DNA of 61,154 nt, filler included, from Sluysia triapertura (taxonomy: Eukaryota), in NCBI GenBank assembly GCA_046118255.1. It is 5 parts of 5 records of this genome, joined end to end, with 100 filler letters (N's around TTAATTAATTAA, not from the genome) between each part and the next. Parts side by side here need not be neighbours in the genome. Positions count along the whole stretch, not along the records: positions 11,307 to 23,203 come from JBJNIA010159377.1; positions 23,304 to 34,279 come from JBJNIA010190663.1; 3 more parts are not named here. One strand, given 5' to 3'. The translations under genes and the position numbers were made by a program. Position 1 is the first letter of the stretch. The number at the start of each line of letters is the position of its first letter. Below are positions 13,771 to 27,505 of the stretch, in pieces. The notes under the pieces are model-generated. The model saw only the letters and a program-made list of their open reading frames with translations. It was not told the origin of the DNA and did no database searches.

Positions 13771-14142
13771 ATGGACATAAATGTGAATAAAAGTCAACGT
13801 GAACCCAATTTTTGCACAAAAAAAGAGTCAAGTGTAGATACGCAAAAAGAACCAAATACAGATTTTCATGAGACAAACAAAAATTCTAACGAAAATTTAA
13901 CACGGTTAACAAATGAAATACTAAGTGAAAGTAATACAGATATTGATCAATCTACGAAAGAGTTGGTGTGTTCACAGTATAAACTTGGAATAGTAAAAAG
14001 TAACATTGAAAAACAAAAATCTAATATTGATAAATTGGAAAAAGAATTAATAGATGAACGAAAGAAATTAATTAATTTACAGAATAATTATGAAAATTTG
14101 GTTTCGAAAATAAAACAAAAATTCAATGGTTTGTTTTATTGA
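13771..14142 (+). CDS. Hypothetical coiled-coil protein or terminal exon
   Basis: 123-aa open frame with protein-like composition and a heptad-rich C-terminal half; no family recognised. Confidence 0.35.
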   Translation: MDINVNKSQREPNFCTKKESSVDTQKEPNTDFHETNKNSNENLTRLTNEILSESNTDIDQSTKELVCSQYKLGIVKSNIEKQKSNIDKLEKELIDERKKLINLQNNYENLVSKIKQKFNGLFY

Positions 14143-14366
14143 TTTTGTATTTGGTAAATGTTATTTATAAAATTTTGACTAATGAATCTTGAAATTAAAG
14201 TTTTGCTTATTTTTTAATTTAATTGTAATATTGTTTTATATGTTTTAATCACTAAACTTCACATTGTTTATACATTTTTTTTATTTTAGAAGTTATAAAT
14301 ACTAATGGTATTGAATTCACAAAAATGGTTGTGTAGGTTTATTCTTGTTTTCTTTAATGTTTTTAG

Positions 14367-14926
14367 AGATGCTTGCAGTAATAACAGTAGTACTAGTAGC
14401 AGCAGCAGTGATGAAAGTTCTGATGATTCTCAGAATAATATTCAAACGAAAAATATTGTAATGGCTGATTCTACTAATAATGAAGCAGATGCAGGTTACA
14501 TTTTTATATACTTGGGTAATTCTCGTTTTCTGAATATCACATTTTCACTTGTAAGCACATAATATTGTATTAATATTTTAAAGCGATTTTCTTTTACATT
14601 TTCTACTAAATATAGAAGCTTTTTGTTATTGCACATTGTCAGAATTGATGCTTTTCCATAGTATATCTATTATGTTATACATTATTATTATAATCGATCA
14701 TATTATATTATAGGTGGAGTTTACTGTAAAATCTATACTTAGCAAATTTGCTGCATATTAGATTTTGCTATCTTGTCGTTTATTATTATATTAATTTATA
14801 TTATTGTTTATATATAATAGTTATAGTTTATAGTTTTTATATATAATATTATAGTTTATATATAAAATTAATTTTTGAAATGACCAAATATTGTAGAGAA
14901 ATTGGCCATACTAATATTTTCATTAC

Positions 14927-14978
<52 letters not shown>

Positions 14979-16008
14979 GTGTTCCTGTTTTATTTTACGT
15001 TTCTCTTATGGAGAAGAATCTTTGATTTCAAAGCTAAACAAGCATTTGATATTAATGTTGATGCATTTAAATTAGGATATCAAAATAAATTAAAATATTG
15101 ATTAAAATAAACAATTTCCACAATCTTTTATTGGAGATTTGATTTTGGTGATTGAAAAATAAATAGCTTATAAATGATATGTTGGTTGTTCTCATGAGGA
15201 GACACAAGGAATAAGAGGAGCTACTTTGAGGAGGCGGAAAGGGTAAAATAGTAGGATGAACTACCATATTACTAAGGGACCTAAAAATATCCAGATCGAT
15301 AATACAGCCAGAAGGAGCATTGCAGATTGCCAAAAGGAAACTTCTAGATTACAACCGAATATGTACTGTTGCATCTATCGAAAAATCATAATTAAAACGA
15401 ATGGGTGAATATTCACTCCTGCACAAAGAATCGAACTTACCTAAAAATAAAGATGCGGCCGTATTGTCCAAAACCATAACGTGATGATTATTGACCTCAA
15501 TATGCAGCCAGAGAGTTGCATAGTGGTAGAGAATTATTACGATGGGGCTGCAGATAAATGTCTCAAACCAACGCATTTTAAGGAGCCAATAGGATAATAT
15601 ACAAAAAGATACAATTGAATGACAACAGAGGGGACTTAAGTCATACATTCTGAACAACATTACGTAATGCAGAATATCAAAAACTTTAATAAGAAATTTA
15701 TTGTTGCAAGGTACAGAACATTATCCGTTCTACATTAGCAATATTGTGTTCTGTTCGAAGACGCCATAATCACAAATTTCATATGGGAATGAAACATCGA
15801 TATTTTGTAAGTCCGATAATTATATTTTAAAATGTAATAGATAATATTTAAATTAATTTTTTTCAGGTACTGTAACAATAACTGGAATAGTTGAAGACAA
15901 TATTATTAATATTGATAATAATAATGGTAATAATAATAATTCCGTTGATTCAAATAATTCTAATTCTGTTTCACAATCTGCTTCCTCATATTTAAAGAAA
16001 AATAAAAG
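14367..16008 (+). CDS. Two putative low-complexity exons (14367-14494, 15867-16008) of an unidentified gene
   Basis: AG/GT boundaries; phase-compatible join (..EADA-G-TVTITG..); Ser/Asn-rich open frames. Confidence 0.3.
15180..15800 (+). mobile_element. Possible decayed non-LTR retrotransposon 3' region
   Basis: GC-richer coding-like block with KFIVARYRTL and CVLFEDAIITNFIWE*, resembling a LINE C-terminal zinc finger; many stops. Confidence 0.3.
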
Positions 16009-16739
16009 GTATCTTTATTTATTATGATATATTATATATAATATGTAACATAATTTTGATGACATTTATAATTGAACGTTTTTTGAGAAATATTCCATAT
16101 ATTTTTTGTTTCACTATTACTTATACTTTGAAATGTCAAAATTAGAAAATTTATAATTTTGCGTCTTACATCATAATGTTATAAAAATATAATTAATAAT
16201 AATTGCAATAAATTCTTATCACAATAATACATTTGTTTCTATTAATAGTAATCAATGTTAAAAACTAAAATAATGAACACTTCAATATATTTAAAATAAT
16301 CACAAAGAAAACTCAGTCCACAAAATGATATTTATCCACAATATAAAATTTTTAATAATTACCGAATAGAAATTAATTCTTAACTATAAATAAGCAATTT
16401 TACGTAACTTAATCTTCAAATCCAGAGGTTGAGCAACATAATCTAGTTGCAACACAAAAAGTAAATTCCCGAAAATATCAATTTAAATTTTATAAATTTT
16501 AATTTGCATATGTAATTGGGGTGCAGTGATCATTATACTATTGTAAGCCACAAGATTCTCTGATAATTATAATTCTGAAATTGTACATATTGTTAACTAA
16601 ATTTAGGAGCAAAAATTGTTTGTCTTGATAAAGCTTAACCGATTCGATTAAAATTCAAATATTAATAATAATATTAATGATTAAAAAAAATGAAATATCC
16701 GTTTAAAATAACACACTGTAATAAGGACATCTTAAAATC

Positions 16740-17100
16740 AACACTCAGGATACTATTAGTATTCTACTAAAATATTAATTATAGGACATGATGTGATGTA
16801 AATGTGTTTTTGTTTCTGTAATTTCATTGGAAGTTTGAGTTAGTCCAATAGAAATTGTTCATAATTTTTCATTATAAACTTTAGACACACAACTTATCAA
16901 TTGTAGGCCAACGACATAGCAGTAAGAAAATAGTGACATAATTAACACAAAAATGATTTTAAATACCTGTCGACTGATGGCAGGTCAAATACTGAAAAGT
17001 ATTAGTAATGATGAGGGTAATGATGAAAATTTTTAGTTGATAATATTAATTACTAAAAATAATGATGACAATAAATAACATTAAATAATAATAATTATAA

Positions 17101-17158
<58 letters not shown>

Positions 17159-17868
17159 TCATAGCGAAAAATAAAAATGACAAATTGTAACAAAGAAAAA
17201 ATAAATCTATGTCTTGAAATAAAATTTTCTTATTTTATTCTTTAAACAATATCTTCTTTTTAAATTATTCTATTTCTTGGCATAATTGAAATTGTTAAAA
17301 ATGATTTATGAAATGTGAATTTGACGTTAAGGATGCATGAAATGGTTTAAAGAATGAGTTTAATATTTTTAAGAATGTACATGATTAAATATTAAAGAAT
17401 TATGAACTTGAAGTGTTTTGGATTGCTTTTAAGATATATATATTTAATAGTTTAAGATGTAAATGTAATTCTGAAGTTATGAAATTGCGAAAAACATGTT
17501 TTGAATAAATTTTAATGTTCGTTAATGATTTTGAATATAAGTGTGGTTTTGATGTTGTAAAGTTGTAAATTTAAAATATTTTGAGGTATAAAAAATGATT
17601 TTAGTGGATCTGAAAGAACTAAAATATAAAAAGGTTTTAATAGTAAAATATGTTTTATGTGAGATATGTTGAACTAATTTTAAAATGTTTTAATTCAATT
17701 GTTAAGTGTATGTTTGATGATTTTCGATGTCGAATAAGATTTTGCTGTTATGAAATTTTTTGTTTAAAATGTTTGACGGTAATAATAATTGTGAAACACT
17801 CTGAAGAGTGATCTGTCATGTCTTATTGAAATAAAATTCTTAAAGTATTGGGTTGACCACCACAATAA
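16740..17868 (-). repeat. ~1-kb strand-biased repeat, inverted relative to the copy at 19092-20020
   Basis: Terminal GGGTTGACCACCACA vs TGTGGTGGCCAACC; TTTTAGTGGATCTGAAAG vs CTTTCGGATCCACTAAAA; CCTGTCGACTGATGGCAG vs CTGTCATCAGCCACAGG. Confidence 0.65.
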
Positions 17869-19091
17869 GGTGGTCTTTATTATGCAGTTTAAACAAAATA
17901 TTACAATGATTTTAATTTATAAAATAATTGATTTACAAACATGGTGTATAAAATTATGCATTTTTAAATTTACGTAGTTAAATAATTCACCTTATTAATA
18001 AAAACTGTAACTTCTTTGCATAAATAATTTACATAATTTAATCTTGACATATTACTTATCTTTAAACTTTTAATATGATATAAATTTGGATTATAACATA
18101 AATTCTAATTATAGTTTGACATACTATAATAGTTATTGAAAATTAAAGACCTTAACATTAATTTTAAAATTCATTTAAATCCAGTTTTAATTGTTAATAA
18201 ATTTTAATTAATAAAATTAATTTTACGTATTAAGTCTTATTATTTGATTTTTGGAATATATTAAATTATCATTGAGTTCTTGATAATTATAAGATAAAAG
18301 TGGAGCCTCGAAAATAAAATAAAGTATTTTTACATTTATTTAGGCAATTACAAGAACGCCTGTTCTACTTTACAAGTCGTTTAGTGAAACCGGACCCAGT
18401 TCACTTTTATTTTGCTGTTAAGAAAACTACACCATACTTGTTATTTAATTTATTACTTAATTTAAAAGTATTTAGTTATAATTTCAATTTATAATTCGGT
18501 GAATAAATTCGATTAGTCTGTACTGAACTCGTCACTGATAGTGAAGATAAAAATGTAAATTTTTGCATTAAAATTATTTTAAATTCTAAGTAACTCTACT
18601 CAGAAATGAATTATTATATCTGAAACTATTTTTAAATAGCTCACAAACAGTGATTAAACTTTAATAGCATTTTAACTAAATTCAACATTATATTTTACTC
18701 TATAATTCCACCACACGTGGATTAATAAATAAGTAACATATATTCCACATTTAAACAAATAAAATGAATATACACACTGGTAACCTCCACTTTATATTGT
18801 ATTTTTAATTTGTTATTATGACTAATACTTTTTGGAATTACAATATATTATCTGTAATTAATTCAATTAAAATTTAATTAATTAAATTTACATTATTTGC
18901 ATAATTATAAAATCATATTTTAGGTTAGAATGCATAAAATAGTTTGTTAAAAATCTAGTCGGTTACGTTGTTGAATTAGAAGCCTTACAGATGAAATAAT
19001 TTCTCTCACCTTTTTCTAAAGTAAAATTAATACTAAAAATTAATTTAAATGAAAATTTAAATACGAAAAATTAATTATCAAAATAATAAAG

Positions 19092-20020
19092 TGTGGTGGC
19101 CAACCTGTAGCTCTTATAAGTTTTATTCTACCGTCACATAAAGCTACATTCATCTTCAGAATCAACAATATACATTTTAACAATTCATTAGAAACATTTT
19201 TACACATAGTTTCACAATAATATAATCTTAATCTTAAATTGTCAACATCACACAACTACCTTTTTAGAATATACCAAAACCTGGGCTATAATTTATCTCC
19301 TTTCGGATCCACTAAAACCTCATCCTAACCTTCTCAAAACATCTCTAATTCACACTTCATAATATCAAAAACACATTCACTACCAAATTAACAACTGACA
19401 TTCAGGAATTCATTAAAAAACATTTTACTCAAAACCATAATCATATAGATTAACATTCAAACCATAAATACATTCAAAACCATTAATATGCATTAGATGT
19501 ACTCATTACATTTTAAGTCACAACCTTCTAACACTCAAACTGTTCTTTCAATTGAAAAATTAAAGTATACGTTAAAAGTTCTTTTAAAACATTATAAACC
19601 CACAACCTTTTAACATACAGCTTCTAAAACACTTACAGTAAATTTACATACTTGAAATATGTCGCGAAAAACACACAAATATTAGAAAGATCTTGTTTCT
19701 ATCTGAATATTCAAAAGGTTTGTGTGATTATTAATTTTAATAACAATAATAACTATCATCGTTTTAATTATTTAGTATTTTCAACAATAACTTTATGAAT
19801 TCATTAATTTGGTAACTACCACCATCAGTGGTGACACTATTGATTTGTATTTACAGTTTATTGTCACAACTGATAGTGGTTGTGTCTAACAAACTCAGAG
19901 CTTTATTATTACTCAACTGTCATCAGCCACAGGCATTTAGGATCATTACTGTTATTATCGTAACTGTCGACTGATGATAGTTCACTAAATGTCAGTATTT
20001 CTGAGTATTTCTGAGAATTA
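19092..20020 (+). repeat. Second copy of the ~1-kb repeat; similar termini at ~22295, ~23845, ~34588
   Basis: Shared terminus TGTRGTGGYCAACCC followed by a CA-rich tract. Confidence 0.6.
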
Positions 20021-20192
20021 TCAATATCATTTTCTTTTTGTGTTTTGATTGGGCAGCCAATCACAATATTGGAAAAAATTTCATAAAGTTTACTTTTTCA
20101 AAAAATATAAAATTTATTTTAATGAGACCTGAGTTAAAAGGAGTACAATGATGGAAATCAATAAAAACTCATACAGAATCAACAAACGCTAA

Positions 20193-21021
20193 GGGTCGTT
20201 TTTCAAAATTAAGAATTCAATACTTTTCATATGTTGAATCACACTGTTCGATAATCCCAAGAATTAATGATAAAGAAAATTATGAAATAACTATTCTACC
20301 TTTTGATGTTGTTAATGACGGCCGCAAAACTCAAGTTGAATTTACAAATGATTTGAAAATCGATACCGAAAGATGTGGCTCAACTATTAATCCTTTAATT
20401 TTAGATTTAGAAAATAATATATGTTTTGCTGGAATCAGCGCTGATCGAAAATTTAAGAATTTTACGATATTTCAGATTTTTTGGAAGAATCTGAAGAAAT
20501 TTTATCTGACGTTAAACAAAAAGTAGATGGTGTAAAAAATATTTGTGGTGAACGTATTTTGGCAGAACTAAGTAAAGTTATTAAAGATAAACATGCATGT
20601 GATATATTTAAGCGAAAGTTTGAAGTAAATTTATGTCTTTATATTTGGTTTGCAAAAAATAATTTTGAAACTAAGAAAAAACGATTTTATGAGTTTTACG
20701 TAAACTTGCAGAAAAATGATGTTCAAAGTGCCACCCTTTTAAGATTAATTATTGTTAATGAAAAATACTTAGAAATTATTCACAAACGTTTAAAGTTCAG
20801 TAATAATGACTTATTTATTATGCGTTATTTGTTTGATAAAAGTATTATGAATGTGACATTAAAAATTTCACAAGATGACTTCATTATGTTGGAAAATAAA
20901 AAATAAAATTCAGCATAATCGATTTCAAATAAGTCAATTTGAAACTTGTAAATTATTAGTAAGACTAGAAATAATTGTAGAAGTTAAAAATGGTAAGCAC
21001 CCAAAGTTTCCAGTCAGCGGC
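20193..21021 (+). pseudogene. TRNT1: Degenerate CCA-adding enzyme (TRNT1-like) copy with deletions and frameshifts
   Basis: ENYEITILPFDVVNDGRKTQVEFTNDLKIDTERCGSTIN (cf. ENFEITTLRIDV.TDGRHAEVEFT.DW.KDAERRDLTIN); shifted frame LRILRYFRFFGRI; GERILAELSKVI; PKFPVSG. N-terminal catalytic motif absent and RRD mutated. Confidence 0.85.
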
Positions 21022-23203
21022 ATTATACCCATTGAAGAATGGTCTTTAAAAGAGATCATCATTGATACTCATGCTTCTACTACTGGAACCCAAATTATTA
21101 AATCATATCTAGATGATGAGTCTGGTTGGTGTCTACATTCTGCATCTTTAAATGGAAAATGTACGAGGTATGGTAGTAACTGCTAATATGCACGCAATGT
21201 AGCTGACATCTCGGATAACTTCGTGTGGATGTCACATTTAGTGAATCACAAGCAAAGAATACAACTGATTTCATCATTAAGCGAAAGATCTTTCAACCAT
21301 AACAAGTGTCAGAACTTTAAGGTGATTATACTTTTTTATTCAAATCGTATTGATAATGTTGTAATCATATTTTATTATCCATTAATATTTTTTAGAAACG
21401 TGCAGAAATTACTATTGAAACATGCCAGAGAATGGATTAATATGAAAAGAATTTTAAATCTAATTTTTGAATCTAAATAGAGTACATAGTGATTGTTTTA
21501 TTTATTTATTCAATTAACTTTAATAGAAACTTCCGAATAATTAATTGCACTAAAAAATGTTTTAAATTTAATAATGATATAAAAATAAAACCTAAAAATG
21601 GAATAATTTATATGAATTCAAAAATTCCAAATCATAAATTTCAAGTCATATCACAATATAAAGAATTATGAATAATAAAATTTATGGAAATTGAGATGTA
21701 AATAATAAAAATCATTAGGAGAATTTATAATTAACAATTAATAATAGTAATAAGTAATTTTGACATTAAATAATTAATAATAATATTAATAATAATAATA
21801 TTGATAATGGTAATAAAGATGTTATTACCATAGATATTTTTAAAAAAAGGATATAAGAACCTCGAATTAAAGGTATAAAACTGAAAAAGTGCATTTATTA
21901 ATTAACTTAATGAAAATACCTTTTTAATAGTTTTGTAATTAAATTAACAAAAATATGCTACATTAAATAATTGTGGATCAAAGTAAAATTTTTAGAAAAT
22001 GAAATATGATGTTGTAACACATCATTCATAGATAAATTAGGGTCTTGATATTTAGATTAACAATGTTCAGATAAGACAATCAATTATTATTTTAATAATT
22101 TTAAGTTTCAACAAGAAAATGCATATCACAGATAAATTGGAAATATATATAAAGTTCGATTCGAATCTAATATTTATACAACCAAAAAGTAGAACAATGA
22201 AAACAATCTTTCTATTAAAGTATAGAAACTCATATCAAAAGTTAAGTTGATAGTTATATGAGGAAGTGTAATGTTATAAAAAGTTATTTTAAAGTTGTAG
22301 TAAGATCAACCCCACAATTACGCAAAAAATCATAACAATAAATCACAAACAGCAACTAAAATTCAGTTAATACTCATACTCAATTAATAATACATTACTT
22401 TCATATTTTATACTTTCACAAGTTAATGAATTCTTTTAACAATATAACCTTAACATTCCCACTTTGTTAAACATATGTACATATAAGAAAACATTCTTCA
22501 ATACATGTTTTGTCGCTACTCAGATTTTATTATTATTCCTCCTTAATCTTATTATTATTATTATTATTATCTTATTGATATTGTTGTAATTATTTGATTT
22601 TTATCGCTTCTTCTTTAGTATTTCTTGTCGTCTTATTAATGTCTCTCTCTTTGCTTTTTATATCTATTTCTATTTTTGTATCAATTTCCTTTCTTTTTCC
22701 ACGTATTTTTTAATGTATACCGTTTGAAATATTTTGATAACATCTAAATAATGTTAGACTAAGTAAAGATTATGAAATCTGAATATTCTTCATGCATCTT
22801 CATGAGACGAATAATGCCGGTGTTTTGTTAAGAAACGATTATTATTATATTTCTTGACCTTAACATATTGATAAGAACATGCTTGTTGCAACTTAGTATT
22901 ACTTTTCAATATGCGGAAACACAAGATTTTATTAATGTTTAACTTGTGTAATGCAAAAGAACTGTTATATTATATTATGACTAATAGACATAATCGATAT
23001 CGTCGTTATAACTGGCATCTTATTTGATCTTACTTTTGTAAACAACTGTTCTTTTATTTCCCATTTCCCAGTTGTTATTTAATTCATCGATTGCAAATTT
23101 AGGCTCGGATTTATTTCAATTCTCATTCCATATTTAAATGAAATCGAACTTATTATTAAACATATTTTATTTCTGTTATTTAGTTATTGATTTTGATAAT
23201 ATT

Positions 23204-23303
23204 NNNNNNNNNNNNNNNNNNNNNNNNNNNNNNNNNNNNNNNNNNNNTTAATTAATTAANNNNNNNNNNNNNNNNNNNNNNNNNNNNNNNNNNNNNNNNN
23301 NNN
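23204..23303. other. Artificial contig linker
   Basis: 44N-TTAATTAATTAA-44N. Confidence 0.95.
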
Positions 23304-23427
23304 TTTACAAAGTTAAATTTCTATATTCTAAAAACTTAGTAATACGTCTCCAAGTTTGGTATAAAGCGTATATACTAAGCGAACCGACCTTACAGATAAT
23401 TTGTTAAGTATAAGAAAAATACTAGCA
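23304..23427 (+). mobile_element. 3' end of an LTR (subfamily A)
   Basis: AATACGTCTCCAA..TGGTATAA..CGTATATA..GCGAACCGAC..AGATA..GCA matches 47846-47936 and the reverse complement of 43422-43520. Confidence 0.8.
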
Positions 23428-23439
23428 AAACCGAACAAT

Positions 23440-23811
23440 GTAAATTGAATCCACCAACCAAACTCGTTTTCTGGATGCAACTGTGTGCATTTGTATAAAT
23501 AGTAGTGTTATTATCTTTGTAATACATTTTAAAAATTTTTTGAAATAATTTAAAAATAGTTCTAGTCGTAAATTCTTTATTATTATGAATATATCTAGTG
23601 ACAATAGAGAAAAAATGGAGAGATAATGCACCAACTTGTTGTAGCGGTTCATCTCTCGGAAACAGTACGCGTACTAAACGTGAAGCTAGAATGTTTGATT
23701 TGTGATAGAAACAATGTATATACAGTAGAACGAAAAACAAACTCGGTCTGTCCTGAATGTAGATATGATAAACAGAGCAAACAAGAAGCTAAAATCAAAA
23801 ATATGTTCTAG
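23440..23811 (+). pseudogene. Cys-rich (zinc-finger/RING-like) coding fragment
   Basis: CxxC pairs CLIC and CPEC, plus other Cys clusters in broken frames. Confidence 0.3.
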
Positions 23812-23858
23812 ATGTTACTGGTAATAAACATATCAAAAGTTGGTGTAGTGATCCACCC

Positions 23859-23911
<53 letters not shown>

Positions 23912-25074
23912 AATTTTATTGATTGGGCATGTTGTTTAATAAATTTTTCAGTAGCCATTTTATTTAATGACTTCTAGAGCGAGTGGTATATCGGAGCAGG
24001 AGCTACAAAAGACAATTTCTAATCTAATCTCAACAGTTATTATGTCTTCATGCCAACAGATTGTCCAGTATCAGAATTTAACAAACATTTTTGGTGTTTT
24101 AAGCTTTTATATAAACAGTGATATAGATATTAAAATTCATAATGAACTACCTTTTATTTTTGTTGTTTTTGATGATAAATGTTATACTTGAGATGCTGTA
24201 CGTGATCGTTATTGTAATGATTTAGATTTTTTCTTCAGGAATTGAATTTTCTCTTGATTGTAAACGAAGTATTTCAAATCGTCCTAACTATAAAAATCCT
24301 AGATTTTATCATAATTTAGACAACAGACTTAGAAGTAATAATGAACATTTAGCATTAAACAAAATGTATATATCAAATTGTAATATTAGTAAAAGTGACC
24401 ATTTAATACTACGCGAAACGTAAGTACCAAAATCATTTAGATACTACTCATTCGTATTTATTACAATGATTATCGTATTATTGCTCATCTTCATAATTAT
24501 AATAACATTCATTCTATTAATCAACATATTTATGATTCTATTCGTTATCATTTATTATCAACATCTCCAACTTCATTCGGCTCGTCAGACAATGTTTGTA
24601 AAGGTCAAAATTTAACAAATTTTGTGTCATTAGTAAGCAATTTTATTCTCTTGATTTTTATTCTGAAATTTTTTATGTCTAAAAGTTGTGTCGTATATGT
24701 TAAATTAACTAAAACCTATTTTTTTTATTTGCGATTTGAATTTTGATAAAGTAAGGGTCCTTAAGACCTGTTTTTATATTAAAGATTTTAGTAATTTGGT
24801 AATTATATTATTAGAAATTAAAAATTTTATTTTCCTAATCGATAACAAAGTTTTTATTAATTATCTTAGTTTCAAATTCTTTAGACAACTTCTAACTAAA
24901 CCATTTCAACTTCTTATACTAAAGTTAGACACCCATATGTTGTTCGGTATTACTGAATTGGTATTGAATTTCATGCAGTTGTACAGGAATTAGAATATCG
25001 CTTTGGGTATACCATTTGAAAATTGTTTAAAACAAAACAGAACTTGTGAAATTGAAGAGATGTTTGAGATAAAA

Positions 25075-25420
25075 ATGTTTTCTAGTATGATATCAACTAC
25101 ATGCTACTTATCTGATAACACCATACGTACTCACAATGATGTTAATGTAAAAACCTTTGGGTATGAACTGGATTTAATTGTAAATCCAGGGCTAAAATTA
25201 AAAATAATGATTTTGCTGCTTTTATTTTATATAATTTTTAAACGATACAATGTTTTCTAGCGTTCTATCAACTACATGATATTTATTTGATAACGCCATA
25301 CGCACTCATAACGATGTTAATGTTAAAAACGTTTGCGTACGAATATGTATAACTTGATTTAATTGTAAATCCACGGCTAAATTTAAAATTCATGATTTTG
25401 TCACTTTTGTTTTATTTAAT
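25075..25420 (+). repeat. Tandem duplication (~175-bp unit), related to the array at 34720-35190
   Basis: TATCAACTACATG..GATAAC.CCATACG.ACTCA.AA.GATGTTAATGT occurs twice; a similar motif lies on the minus strand at ~34720-34790. Confidence 0.75.
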
Positions 25421-26000
25421 TTTAAAATATTATCAACTAGCTCCAATATTATTCTGTGGAACAGTATTCCGGTACTATTTGGAATCACAACCGGTCTAAG
25501 AAGTCGAAGTTGTTTATTTGATATTATTAAGTATGTATCGAGAGTGATTAGAATGTCGACTTCATGGGTATAAATAAATTTGTTGCGTTATTTATTACAA
25601 ATATTTTCTTTAATAACGAATCAGTTAAATACCTTAAGCACCATTTGCATAATCATAATTGTTTGGAATTTTGTATAAATTTTTGTAATAGATTAAAAGA
25701 TAAAACTAATAATAACGCATGTAATAACAATAATTTATGGATAATTAAATATAAAGATAGTAATTTTGACCAATATAACAAAATATCCACAATAAAGATA
25801 ATTAAAGCAAATATCTATAATTACTTTTCAAAACTACAAGTTATTATCAATACTAGTAACCAGTAATTCAAAATAAAAATTCAACAAATAATGGTTAACA
25901 AAGATAAAGTAGTAATAAATCATAACAATCACCTCATATACAATTCATTACCTATTTATCATTCTAACATTATTCTATCATTATCAAAAATTCAAAATTA

Positions 26001-26152
26001 TGTTGGGATATAGGCCTAAAGTGCCATGTTGTATAATTGAATATAATAAAATAAATTTGTTAGGAGCTGATAGCTTAGTGGTAGAGCATTCTAACTGCGC
26101 AGCGAAGGTCCGGGGTTCGATCCTCGGTCAGTCCATTTTATGAAGTCTAACA
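26001..26152 (+). mobile_element. tRNA-Ala-like cassette element, copy 3 (near-TSD ATTA/ATCA)
   Basis: TGTTGGGATATAGGCCTAAAGTGCCAT...TTGTTAG-GAGCTGATAGCTTAGTGGTAGAGC...GGTTCGATCC..CAGTCCA-TTTT-ATGAAGTCTAACA. Confidence 0.85.
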
Positions 26153-27354
26153 ATCACATAATTAAGAATTATTTGACTTTGCTCAATATTAAGGCTTTCC
26201 TTGCATGAACTTGGCCAAACCATACCTTCATTGAAAGATCTTAAAACACGTGCAATAGCATTCCTCATTCAAACATTATTCACAAAAACGTACTTTTCTT
26301 AATTAAGATTTTAATTAATAATCAATTTTATACTTAATCTTATTTTATATTGAAAGATTTAGTATTTGATAAGTTTTTTTATGTATTCAGCAAGTTTTAG
26401 ATGTTTTCATATTTACCACTGTCATTCCTTCATCTACTTCTTTGTGTCAATTACTACCACATCAAATTCATCTTTAGCAATGATTTTATTTCTCAAATAC
26501 TTTAAAGATTTCAATTACTTTACAAAATTGCTCAAAGATTTTAAATACTTATCAAGGTTTCAAGATTACTTAAAGGTCAGTAAGGTCTCAAATGATCTCA
26601 AAGGTTCTTAATGTATTTAAACTCATATCAAACTCCATGGTATTTTTCAGCTGTTGACATGACCATAAGCGTTTTTGTCTTCATCACTCTTAATCCAACA
26701 ATGTTTATAATGTTCTATGCATCGTTTTCTATCAATTCTTATTTTATTTTATAGTTCTGTTTCTTACCTATCTTCTGCTGTACAGCTGAGCAATCCCAAC
26801 AGTATTAGTACAACTATCGATATATTGAATCATGCGGAATGAACATTAAAAGGTTTAGTCTTATTGGAAACAACTTACGAAATGAATTTAAACATTTTCA
26901 AAATTCATAATTCGTATCCAACAATTTTAACACAAATAACTATAATGACCGTTAACAGACAGATTGATTAAAAAGTTTAATAGAGTAGCAATATTGTAGT
27001 CATTAATTTTTTTGACTAGAATAGTATTACTCTTATGAATATTTTTATTTTCATTTTATTCAATTTTTTAAATTATTATCAATTTTTAACAAGTACCTAG
27101 ATATAAATATGTAACACAAAATTAATAAATTAAAATGTAATAATTACGAAAAATAAATAAAAAATTACGTCATTAAATTGGTTTACTGTCAGTGTGTGAT
27201 ATTTTTAGTCAGTCTGGGATATTTTTAGTAGTTTAAGAGTTTCTTACTCTTTTAACTTCTACTTACGGTACAAAAATTTACGCTTCTATTTCGAAAATAG
27301 TGATCTTATGAGTCTAATTAAAATGACTCTTGATGATGATATGGAGAGAGATAT

Positions 27355-27505
27355 TGTTAGACTTCATTAAATGGAGTGACCGGGTATTTCTTGCCACGCA
27401 GTTAGAAATACTCTACCACTGAACTATCAGCTCCGTCTAACAAATTTATTTTATTATATTCAATTATACAACATGGCACTCTAGGCATTTTTTGAGATAA
27501 CAACA
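27355..27505 (-). mobile_element. tRNA-Ala-like cassette element, copy 4 (degenerate; ATAT/TTAT flanks)
   Basis: TGTTAGACTTCAT..GG..TGACCGGG..CTCTACCACTGAACTATCAGCTCCGTCTAACAA..TGGCACT..CAACA. Confidence 0.8.

Noticed and set aside
14880-15101. Poly-Ile ORF and similar short ORFs (35388-35570, 42298-42639, 43962-44171, 47253-47462, ORFs antisense to NSUN5)
   Set aside because: They are microsatellite translations, antisense shadows or LTR sequence.
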